Shown piece by piece: positions 35,609 through 47,023 of a DNA stretch of 64,000 nucleotides; the first letter of the stretch is position 1, and each line of letters begins with the position of its first letter. This stretch comes from Pecten maximus (lineage: Eukaryota). The stretch covers positions 17,794,001 through 17,858,000 of the forward strand of contig NC_047022.1 of the NCBI RefSeq assembly GCF_902652985.1, in the 5' to 3' direction. Below the pieces are notes generated by a model. That model was not told where the DNA came from, searched no databases, and was given only the letters and a program-made list of their open reading frames with translations. The translations under genes were made by a program, and so were the position numbers.

Positions 35609-36502
35609 GCTGTCCGATTGTTGAATGCATCTCTTTCTTCAAATACCAAAAAAGCATATGGACAGGCCTTGCTAGCTTTTGAGAGTTTTAGAAATAGTAG
35701 ATTCAGTTATAATGTTTGGCCACCTAGCTGTCAGCAGTTATAGACTTCATTGCCTTCAAATCAGCTGGTGGTTTTTCTCCAAGCACAGTGCAAACTTCAA
35801 TAGCTGCTATATCTTTTAAATGCAACAGCTTAATGGTACAGACAATTTTGTGGTTAAGCAAATGTTGCGGGGTATGTCACGCCTTAATAAGAAATCAGAC
35901 TCTCGTTTACCAATAACACCAGATATCCTTGTTAAAATTCTGAATTCCCTCCCTGCTGTATGTTTTTCTGTGTATGAGACCAAACTTTTTTCGGCCATTT
36001 TTTCCTTGGCCTATTTTGGGTTTTTCCGCATAGGGGAATTAGTAAAAACAAGTTTCACACCAGGCACTGGGATGCATGTTCTAAAAAGAGATAACGTTAG
36101 AATGTTGTACAATGATTCGTTGCTGCAGTTAGCATTACCTCATTCTAAGACTGATCAGGAAGGTAAAGGGGTTGTGCTGGAGTTTCCATCAGGTGCATCC
36201 CCCTGTCCTGTCAAACGAGTCAAGGATTACTTGGCAGTACGTCCTGCGCTTGGGGGTCTTTTTTTTGTCATTTTGGGGGGAAACCAGTCACTAGATACCA
36301 GTTTAATTCACTTTTGCATAAGAGTCTAACATTTTCAGGTTTTAAAACTGGTGATTTCAAATCTCATAGTTTTCGAATCGGAGCTGCAACAAATGCAAGT
36401 AGTGTAGGCATGTCAGAAACTGAAATCAAACAATATGGGAGATGGGGATCTCGTGCATACAAGTCTTATGAACGAATCCTAACAGTTAAGCTTGGGGATT
36501 AA
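35600..36502 (+). pseudogene. Ngaro tyrosine recombinase
   Basis: RLPIT, FGFFRIGEL, HSKTDQEGKG, CPV, SHSFRIGAAT and GRWGSRAYKSY (R-K-H-R-W-Y catalytic set). Confidence 0.92.
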
Positions 36503-36560
36503 CGGCCAATCGGTATTTTGAATTAAGTAGGCATTCGTCATTTGTCATGGCATCGTTGTA

Positions 36561-37219
36561 ATGGCAAATATTAAGTCTTTTTCAGATGACGAAAATCAAG
36601 TTTGGGTGCTGGGCTCCTCGATTATTAAGAGAGCTTTCATACAGGCCAGGTCCTCGGCAGAAGGGGTGCATCTAGGGCTGCAACGCTACAGAATTAGATT
36701 GTGGTGGCAGGGTAAGAGAATTAGATTGTGGTGGCAGGGTAAGAGTGGCATGCGTTAGAGTCAAGTTCCAAGCATGGTGAAGATAATGCTAAAGTATGAA
36801 TCCCCCCCCCCCCCCCCCCCAAAGCTTTGGTTATACACTGTGGTGGGAATGATGTGGGACAGTTTTCTTTGGGACATTTGAGGCATACAATTTTAGATAC
36901 ATTGGACACGCTTAGGGCTCAGCTACCAGAAACATTCATTATTTGGTCACAGATTCTACCAAGGAAGTGGAGATATGAAAGACCATTGGGTAATTTGAAT
37001 AGACACAGAGTAAGAATTAACAGTAAAGTTGCTACTGACAATTTATCGAAAGGTGGTGGGTATATTAAATACCCTGAGATTGTTTGTGGCAGCCCTGCAT
37101 TGTTTTTAGGGGATCAAGTGCATTTTTCAGACCTTGGGAATTTCTTTTTCCTACGTTATCTACAGCAAGGTCTTTTTTCCTATTTTAAGCTTGACCAGAG
37201 AGTGTTTCCCCAGCAATAA
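36561..37219 (+). pseudogene. SGNH/GDSL-type hydrolase ORF of the Ngaro element
   Basis: Block I WVLGSS, block II GKSGMR, block III IHCGGND and block V DQVH. Disrupted by a 27-bp tandem duplication, a stop and a poly-C run. Confidence 0.85.
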
Positions 37220-38548
37220 TACCAATTGAGTGGCTACATTGATGGACATTTCATTCATGGTGATTGTGGCATTGGCTGCTTCAGCTACCTTTATATCTCT
37301 ATTTAGAGACAGGGGTAATCTGGAGTAGTTCACGGCCGGGATTTTCCTGCTAATTTGATGAGTTTTGATTTATGTGCAGTGATTTTCCTGCAATTTTGAC
37401 AATTTGTCGTTAATTTTTGTGGGAGTGAGCAAGAATTTCTTGCTACGTAACTTGACCCTTTGAAGTGATATAAGTTTAAGATTGCTGGTATTGATTTGAT
37501 AGTTGAAGTCAATTTGAAATTTGTTTTGAATGTTATTACTGGTGGTGGTGTCAAGTACCGGGATAGAATTTAAGGGTCTGTAGTATGCTTTTTGCTATTT
37601 CTATCTGCGGTCCTTGCCATGTGGCGGGTTAGAGGTGGCCACCAGGATTAATAAGTATTTAGTTAATATTTCCCCTTAAATTACAGCTATTCAAAATGAC
37701 GGCTGACCACAGAGTCATTTCTGTATATAGCTTATTGACAGATCTTGTCACATATTTATCTATCTATTTGAAGTGGCCCCAAGCCCAATTTGGGTGATAA
37801 CCTCTTGGTGACGACGCCATGTCCACAATCGCCAAACATAACATAGCTGAAGGTATGATATATCACTTTAAGTTGATGGACTCTTGTATAGGCAAATGAA
37901 TATTGGGTTTGAGTATATGTAAATTTTACTCATGATTGCTTAATAAACAAAGTGAACATGATTATTGTTTGTTTGTTATCTCTGATAAATGAAAACCATG
38001 ATTCATTACATGCAATTATATACATTTAGTATGTGCCAAGTATTTACATAAAAGTTTGATATCCTGTGGTTCCGTTATCCAAAATATGGCCAAAATAATG
38101 GAGTCCAGTGTCCCAGATTTCCACAATGGGCCTGCCCGGGATAGCTAAACCCTACAGCTCCTTAGAGTGCGTCCTCTCCGTTGGGGCCTGCGCGCAGCTG
38201 GCGGTTAATCAACTACTCCCCCATATTGCCTGGGAGGGATCGTGTTTCACCCTGGGCGGTGATAACTTTTTGTCACTCCCGCTGATGAAACCTAATACAT
38301 TGGTCAACCGTAAGACTGTGATCACACGTACTTTTCTAATTGTTAATAATATAAAACTAAACTTTATAACTGCATTGTCGTTCAAGAAACGCGGGGAAAA
38401 CTTGATGTTGTAAACAATTTCAAAGTAGAATTCCTCTAAGGGTATAAGCACCGGAAATTTAGAATGGCATAACAATGACATAGTATGAAAATCCCTGTCT
38501 CCTTATCGGGTAATATTTCAAGATAACACAATATAAGACACCGTAAAC

Positions 38549-39385
38549 TCACTACACTGCACTGCACTACACTACACTACACTACACAATCACCAACTAA
38601 ATTATATACAGTCAACACATCAATCCTTTATGAATGCAATACACATCAAATACACAATAACAATGCACAGTAAACACATAAATCCCTCATCAATAACACA
38701 ATAACACTGCACAGTAGTCACATAAATCCCTCATGAATATAACACAATAGCACTGCACAGTATTCACCTAAATCCCTCGTCAATAACACAATAGCACGGC
38801 ACAGTAAGCACATACATCCTTCATGAATATAAAACAATAGCTCTGCACAGTAATCACATAAAGCCCTCATGAATATGACACAATAGCACTGCACAGTAAG
38901 CACATAAATCCCTCATGAATATAACACAAAACACTGCACAGTAAGCACATAAATCCCTCGTCAATAACACAATAACACTGCAAAGTAGTCACATAACTAC
39001 ACATAAGCACATAAATCCCTCATGAATATGACACAATAGCACTGCACAGAAATCAAACAAATCCCTTGTGAATGTAACACAATAACCCTGCACCGTAAGC
39101 ACATAAATCCTTCATGAATATAGCACAATAGCACTACACAGTAAGCACATGAATCCCTCATCAATAACACAATAGCACTGCACAGTAAGCACATAAATCC
39201 CTCATGAATATAACACAATAGCTCTGCACAGTAATCACATAAATCCCTCGTCAATGAAACAATAGCACTGCACAGTAATCTCATCAGTCCCTCATGAATA
39301 TAACACAATAGCTCTGCACAGTTATCACATAAATCCCTCGTCAATGAAACAATAACACTGCACAGTAAGCACATAAATCACTCAT
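38549..39385 (-). repeat. (CTACA)n microsatellite plus inverted copy of the 44-46-bp minisatellite
   Basis: The unit ACACAATAGCACTGCACAGTAAGCACATAAATCCCTCATGAATAT is the reverse complement of the 28045-28829 unit. Confidence 0.95.
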
Positions 39386-40029
39386 TAATGACAAACATAC
39401 TAACATAATTCAACCTTTCGCTTACAAAACCAATTCTGACAAATTTATACTAAAGGTTTTTTGAACTATTATGTATTTATTGTGTCGCACTAAGTTAAAT
39501 TCAATGGTGGGGAACCATGTAGTTTTTTTTTCTTGTATTTAAACTTAACTTGCCAGAGGTATTATAGAAGATTATTTAACAAATTCAAACAATGACCAGG
39601 ATTTATTGATAACAATTCTACAAAATAGTCTTCTTCGAAATGTCATCTACCCACAGGTAAAATACAGTAACACAGGGACTAGTGTAAATAGTTTATATGT
39701 TCTTTTTTTTAGGCCAACACCACCATATGCAAATATTTACATTAGAAAGCATGTTCTAAATTGCTTGACAAAGACTGCAGATAATTTCTTACTTTAAAAA
39801 CAAGAATTTTGAAACTTTACATAAAATTTGATTTTAATTTTGTATCGTAGAACTATACTCTCAATTTCAAAGTATTTTGATATTGGGATAACACCATTTT
39901 CACATCTTTTACAATTGTAACTGTGACAAATATTGTAGAACTATTCTGCCAATTTCAAGCCATTTAGATATAAAGAAAACACATTTTTCCATAATTTTCA
40001 CTTCTTTGGAACTGTTGCCATTGTGCCAT

Positions 40030-40242
40030 TGGCTACAGTGGCCAAGTGGTTAAGGTGTCCCGATACTTTATGACTAACCCTTCACCTCTGGGTTGCTAGT
40101 TCGAAACCTATGTTGGGCAGTTGTCTGGTACTGACCGTAGACCGGTTTGTTTTTCTCCGAGTACTCCGCTTTCCTCCACTTCCAAAACCAGGCACATCCT
40201 TAAATGACCCTGTCTGTTAATTGGACTTGAAACCAAATACAC
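40030..40242 (+). mobile_element. tRNA-derived SINE (older copy)
   Basis: GTGGCCAAGTGGTTAAGG A-box, GTTCGAAACC B-box and TTTCTCCGAGTACTCCGCTTTCCTCC core. Homologous to 54509-54742. Confidence 0.85.
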
Positions 40243-40344
40243 CCAAGTTTATGAATGTTTATTAATATATAAAAAGTATATGTAAGAAGTATTAGACAAG
40301 TTTGAACAATTATCCTACAGAAGAAAAGGGAAGCTGACAATCAG

Positions 40345-40480
40345 ACCGGTATGTGCTGCCGTGGTTGTGTCTTTGGGCAATAACCACTTTACCCTTATTG
40401 CTCTGGATGGCATGCAACGGGCCTCTTGTGTGTTGTTAAGTGAGGTAGTCACCAGCTACTACAAGGAGACTCTGCGTAGA
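40345..40480 (+). mobile_element. CORE-type SINE fragment
   Basis: Reverse-complement match to 15460-15610. Confidence 0.6.
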
Positions 40481-41980
40481 AACCTTACTGGACAAAATAT
40501 GAAAATCATTAAAAAAAAAAAGATAGCCAAGTAAAAATAGTAAAACGTTTTTACCATATGATATGATATGATAAATAATTGATGCAGGTAATATGCCTCT
40601 ATATCCATATCTCAATTATTGAATTAAAATGTTAGTGTTTCTTCCGGATATTGGGTTATAACCCGCCAAATGGTTGCTTCGCAAAGCACTACAGATGTAA
40701 CAAACAGAGCAAAATTGAGAGCAATTGTTTGTCTTTGACGCACTTTTGTCGCACCAGTGGTCATTACCAGGGCAATACTGTAAGATTGCTTGCGATTCCA
40801 TCACAGATATTATTTTGACTTTTGCCATTCTTTTATAATATCATCCAGGAAAATGAATACAGCTAGCTTGTATCTGTTAATGATAAACATAAGTAAATGT
40901 AAATAAAACAATTGAATGCTTGTTAGATTGTATTTGTTGTCAATATTTATGCAATCTTGGTGACATATAAACGTGCGCCATTCTATATATATATATATCC
41001 GCCATATTTATTTATATTCACAATAAATATAATCAATTGTCATTTAATCGTTTAATTATCAATAAGATAAAATAAAAAAAAAATCATTCCTTTTATCAAT
41101 ATCCGTGAAAATAATCAAGTTTTAGTTAAAAATTGAATGTTGCTTCGCAGTTTATATTGAACTCGTCTTATGATAATTTTTCTCAAGAGCAACTCAATAC
41201 ATCTTTCCATGAAGTCGACAGAAGCAGCAATATATCCTTATATTTTAGTCACATTCAACGTGTATTTTCTTATCTAAGTGTACGGTTACTAGAATATGTG
41301 CCAGTTAAATGATTTGTGTAAAAATAGAGGATGATTGAACGGTATTATTAAGACTAAAATACAAATATGTATGTCACACATTTACTATCAAACAATCTAA
41401 AGATAGCATGATTTAATTGAAATATACATTTTGTCTTTTGAATTTGAAAACTCTTATGAAAGACTCTAAACAGAAGAATAATCACTAGGTTGTGTTCTTC
41501 GGTTATCTCCGGCTTCAATTCAAACTGGACAGTCAGACATCTATACAAAAGATTAACTGGCTGTGACCGCGTGCACATGCGATATGTGAGTCGTGGATAA
41601 TTTAAACACAGCCTGTTTGATATTACTTAAACAATACCATCATCTAAAATTACTTCAATTTATTAAGTTTTCATAAAATTGTGAACAGCATTAAGACTGT
41701 GAAATTGAGTATTTACCCAGAAGTCATTTTGTCAGGGTTAATGAATTTTTAAATATATGTCTTCAGAATGTATGAATTCAGCATCGAACACCTAAATAAG
41801 CTGATCACCATGTCGTAAACATGTTAAACTCTTTTCCGGAACAAAAGGACCTAGATGATGTTATTAAATCGTAATATTCATTGGAAACCTCTCATCAAGG
41901 TGATATCAATGATAGAAACTATCATTGCAGCAGTTTTCTATCTTTATTTGTAAGATAAATGTTTGTGTCATAACACCAGC

Positions 41981-42367
41981 TTATAGGCCATTTGCCTCTG
42001 TAAATACCAGCACTATGTTTGTCGTGGGATTTAGATAAAAAAATCATTCAAATTTCTATACAGGCGTTTGTATTTCTTCTTCTGATGTAAACGATGGCAC
42101 ATATCACAGTACACAGACTGAAACGAGTTTGTTAGAGTTTAAACGGTATAATGCCTCCTCAAATCAAAATACTTCAAGTACTAGTCAAAGTTTTCTGATA
42201 AGATACGTTTAGCAAGCGATTGGATGTTTTCAAAATCTTAAGTATTAAAGAGAGAATTGTTGCCGATGAAACAGTGTTGGATTTGAACCACTTCTAACCA
42301 CTGGTACAATTTGTTTACTTAAAACATGGTGGAGAGACTTTTCGCTGACGTAATCTTCATATAAAGC
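41981..42367 (-). pseudogene. FucT 3' fragment pseudogene 1
   Basis: Aligns to 20652-21044 with indels and is truncated inside the GT10 motif. Confidence 0.9.
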
Positions 42368-45299
42368 CAATAAATATTCCTTCCAATGTAATAGTTGTTA
42401 TTTTCACCTATATAGTAAAGCTCAAAGCTGAGTTATGTGATATTTTACCCCCGAACGTTGCTTCTAACAATCATTACCTTCTTAGAAATAGAGACGATTT
42501 CATCGTTCCAAAATCGAGTATAAATCCATCCTTCCTACGATCAATTTTTCTCCCAAGGAATAGGTTAGACTCTGATAAAAAAAATCCCAACTATATCCGA
42601 ATCCACACTTAAGACAGCTATTTCTCAATTGTCTATTTACGAAAAGACATATCATCTTTCCTTGGGGAAAGAAAGCTTTTCTTAGTTATGATGTTTTAGA
42701 GAAAACCTCGTTGGACATTTCCAGTGTAATTGTGGGATTCCTGTAAACATATTTGACTTAAATCAATTAATTTTTCAAAACATTTGCTCGTTTGAATTGT
42801 ATAATATTTGTTAAAATATGTCAAATACAAGATGGAGTTCAATTTCGAGCAAGAAGTATATTCAGTAAATGCATTTATGAAACATACGAGGGTAAGGCAC
42901 TGCTTTATGTATGAAGTAACATGCATTCTGTAAATAATAATGTACTTGAAGTTGTAAAAAGTAAGAGCCTAACTCCCAAATTAAGCACAGATAACCAACT
43001 CAGTGACGTATTTCATACCAAACATAGACTCGTTAATTTTTAAAAGCAAAATTAGCCGGGATGTTTATTTTTTGGACTAAAAGTAGTTAAACATACGTTA
43101 GTAGAAGCAGTCTTAGGGTTTTAAAATTTCTTTGAAAGTACTTTAACGTACACGAGTTACAATTAAAATTGTCAGTGTTTCAAAATATTTGATAAAGTCA
43201 CGGAAAAGTTGAATACATATGAAATGTTCCTATTGTGTTCAAAACTCTTTATGAGGGCAGCTGATATCTTTTTGTTAGGTTCAAATAGATTTGATTTTTC
43301 TTAGTCGCAAGCATATACATCAATGTCCTCGTGTAAGAGGGCTATCATTCGCCATACTTCAATCATTCCTGTACATATAGGCATAATACTTTCTCCAATT
43401 CACACATCCATATATATCTCGCCCTTTCGCACAGCATTTACATCAATAACATACCATGTATATTATCATTACTAATCGCTCGTATAAAGTGTATAACGTA
43501 TGTATGTAGATATGCCTTAAAATTGACTTTAGAAATATGTTTGTTATAAATGTGTGTATATATTAGTGTAGTGCTACCTACAAATAAGGGAGGTAATTTT
43601 ATACCGGAAGTCTTGAATGAAAAGCAACACGTGGACGAAGCTGCACGGATCTCCCGGAGCTAAGCGAGTTGGATAGAGTCACCTGCTGTAGAGTAAGTTG
43701 TTTTAAATATCAGTTCATTGTTGACATATAACATATATATTCAGCATGCTCACGACATTTGGCATTAAATGTTGGAAATTGAATGTACCATTGCACATGC
43801 CGGCCACATTAATTGATAAAATATTACTATTAAAGTTTATACCTACAATATTTATTATTGACCATGATGTTTTAGTTATTTTTTTTTTTCTAATTTTTTT
43901 TTCAGAGTTGCTCGCTATTTGTTATGGTGAAACTTAAATAACATTGATAATGTACTAATGAAGTGTTTATATAAATTTCTTTACGTACATTTGTGTTAAT
44001 TTTGATATATTTTATTTGTTTGTTAAAAAAGTGCTATTATTTTTTCAGTGGTACATGCGGTCGTGAAGATTGGTGATTTGGTTGCAGCTCAAAGTATGGA
44101 TTGGAGATTATATACGTATGCATCATTTCCGAAGCAAAGTTATTAGCGGATATATTTTCTCAGCATTTATTTTGGATGTTCTTCTATCTGTTCTTCTAGT
44201 GATTTTCTTTCCTCTTCATTCCCATTATTTTCTGTCAAAAATTTTAAGTCATTTTCTAGTTTTGTAATTAAATTTTTTCTCAATCTTGCTTTTTGTTTAC
44301 CAAACTCTATAGACCGCTCACGTATTTCTATTTTACATAGATCCCAGATTATTTGTTTGGTTATTTCATCATTGCTTGGCATTTTATTATATTTGTTCAA
44401 GATTTGTATCATCATGTGTTCATATTTAACATCATTCATTATACTATTGTTGACTTTCCAGTATCCTGGACCTCTAACTATATTTTCCACATCTATAACC
44501 ATGGATACAGCTTGATGATCTGTGTATTTTATCAACACTGGGCGAATGTCTGTTGAAATAATTTTGTGAATTTCTTTTTGTGTTAAAAAATAATCTATTC
44601 TACTAGCTTCATTTTTCACATTTTTCCGTTTCCATGTAAATTGTTTCAAATAAGGGATTTTTTTCCTCCAAGGATCTACAAGTCATCCATCCTTTATCAA
44701 AAGTTTGAGAGAGTTTACTGCAGTTTTTGGTTTCGCCTTAGATAATCTGTCGATAGGGTATTGTATTTCATTCCAATCTCCTCCGATGATGATAAAGCCT
44801 AATGCGTATGTTTCTATGAAACTTTTTAGATCTTTATAATATTTTCCCCTTCATTTCCTGTCATTTGGTGCATAGATATTTACAATAGTATATATGTTGT
44901 CTTGATATTTATCAATAATATTCTGCCATCTCTGTCATTATGTGAATCTATAATTTCATAATTAATATTTCTACTTATATATGTAGTGACTCCACAGCTC
45001 TGTGTTGTACAGAAGGAGTGGAATGTATCCCCTTGCCATTCTGTTTTTATAATTGATGCTATTGAGTCTGTGAAATGTGTTTCTTGTGCTAGAATTATAT
45101 TTCCTTTTTGTTGTTTAGTCCATGCATACAATCTATCTCTTTTTTGCTTGTCACATAGACATTAAACGTTTATTGTTAAAATGTGTAATTTCTTTGTCAT
45201 TTATATAGGAATGATATGTGTTTGTTTCAAAGTAATGAATTATGTTTATATAGATATATAAAGTATTGGTAAATTAATAAATTCGATAATGAATAAGTA

Positions 45300-46640
45300 A
45301 TTGTACAATGTACTTAAATATACTCTCAATAGTCTGATCCATGTAGTTATACTTAAATATACTCTCAATAATCTGGTACAATATAATTTTTACAATGTAC
45401 TTAAATATACTCTCAATAGTACTAGTCTGATGAATGAAGTTATACTTAAATGTACTCTCAATAATTTGATACAATATAATATTTACAATGTACTTAAATA
45501 TACTCTCAATAGTCTGATAAATGTAGTTATACTTAAATGTACCCTCAATAATCTGATGGAATATAATATTTACAATGTACTTAAATATACTCTCAATTGT
45601 CTGATGAATGTAGTTATACTTAAATGTACTACCAATAATCTGATTTACAATGTACATACATATACTCTCAATAGTCTGATAAATGTAGTTATACTTAAAT
45701 GTACTCTCAATAATCTGATGGAATATAATATTTACAATGTACTTAAATATACTCTCAATTGTCTGATGAATGTAGTTATACTTAAATGTACTACCAATAA
45801 TCTGATTTACAATGTACATAAATATACTCTCAATAGTCTGATAAATGTAGTTATACTTAAATGTACTCTCAATAATCTGATACAATACAATATTTACAAT
45901 GTAGTTAAATATACTCTCAATAGTCTGATAAATGTAGTTATACTTAAATGTACTCTCAATAATCTGATACAATATAATATTTACAATGTACTTAAATATA
46001 CTCTCAATAGTCTGATAAATGTAGTTATACTTGAATGTACTCTCAATAATCTGATACAATATAATATTTACAATGTACTTAAATATACTCTCAATAGTGT
46101 AATAAATGTAGTTATACTTAAATGTACTCTCAATAATCTGATACAATATAATATTTACAATGTACTTAAATATACTCTCAATAGTCTGATAAATGTAGTT
46201 ATACTTGAATGTACTCTCAATAATCTGATACAATATAATATTTACAATGTACTTAAATATACTCTCAATAGTGTAATAAATGTAGTTATACTAAAATGTA
46301 ATCCCAATAATCTGATTTACAATGTACATAAATATACTCTCAATAGTCTGATGAATGTAGTTATACTTAAATGTACTCTCAATAATCTGATAAAATATAA
46401 TATTTACAATGTACTTAAATATACTCTCAATAGTCTGATGAATGAAGTTATGGTTAAATGTACTCTCAATAATCTGATACAATATAATATTTACAATGTA
46501 TTTAAATATACTCTCAATAGTGTAATAAATGTAGTTATACTTAAATGTACTCTGATCCATGTAGTCATACTTAAGTATAGTCTCAATAATCCAATAGTTG
46601 GATACATGTTGTCATAATTAAGTATACTCTCAATAATGTG
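45300..46640. repeat. AT-rich 87-bp dimeric minisatellite (75-bp variant) between L1 ORF1 and ORF2
   Basis: 29-aa periodicity in the ORF track (VLKYTLNSLINVVILKCTLNNLIQYNIYN), about 15 units. Confidence 0.95.
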
Positions 46641-46822
46641 ATAAATATTGTTATGTTTAAAAAAAAAATATCAAATGCTTAATTGTTTACATACATCAAT
46701 GTTAATGACATAGATATAAGTTTTGTAAAAGGTTATATTTCATTTTACAAATAAATTAAATAATCAACTATATACAGTCTAGGTAATGCAAAGAGTTGTA
46801 TTTTTTGTACTCACAGAACAAT

Positions 46823-47023
46823 TGTTTGTTTGTTTTTGTTTAACGTCCTATTAACAGCCAGGGTCATTAAATGACGTGCCAGGTTTTGGAGGTGGAGGAA
46901 AGCCGGAGTACCCGGAGAAAAACCACCGGCCTACGGTCAGTACCTGGCAACTGCCCCACGTAGGTTTCGAACTCGCAACCCAGAAGTGGAGGGCTAGTGT
47001 TAAAGTGTGAGGACACCTTAACC
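46823..47023 (-). mobile_element. tRNA-derived SINE, 5'-truncated, with 13-bp TSD
   Basis: TSD CTCACAGAACAAT at 46810-46822 and 47024-47036. Reverse complement of the 54509 family. Confidence 0.92.

Larger units (their letters stand above)
32000..38300 (+). mobile_element. Ngaro/DIRS-type tyrosine-recombinase retrotransposon with extra SGNH hydrolase ORF (ends not resolved)
   Basis: Overlapping gag, RT/RNase H, YR and SGNH ORFs in canonical order. No DAM methylase domain seen. A few stops and frameshifts. Confidence 0.9.

Noticed and set aside
37300-37330. DIRS-type internal complementary region pairing with 38211-38219 and 38493-38501
   Set aside because: The matches are only 9 bp, are expected by chance, and are in the wrong order for a circular junction.
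38280-38320. Hammerhead ribozyme (CTGATGA-AACC...GGT)
   Set aside because: The required GAAA core is missing (reads GGTCAACC) and stems I and III are not evident.
43300-43400. Continuation of the L1 RT (WRMIALLHED resembling WRPISLLNVD)
   Set aside because: No neighbouring RT motifs, so the match is too weak to support.
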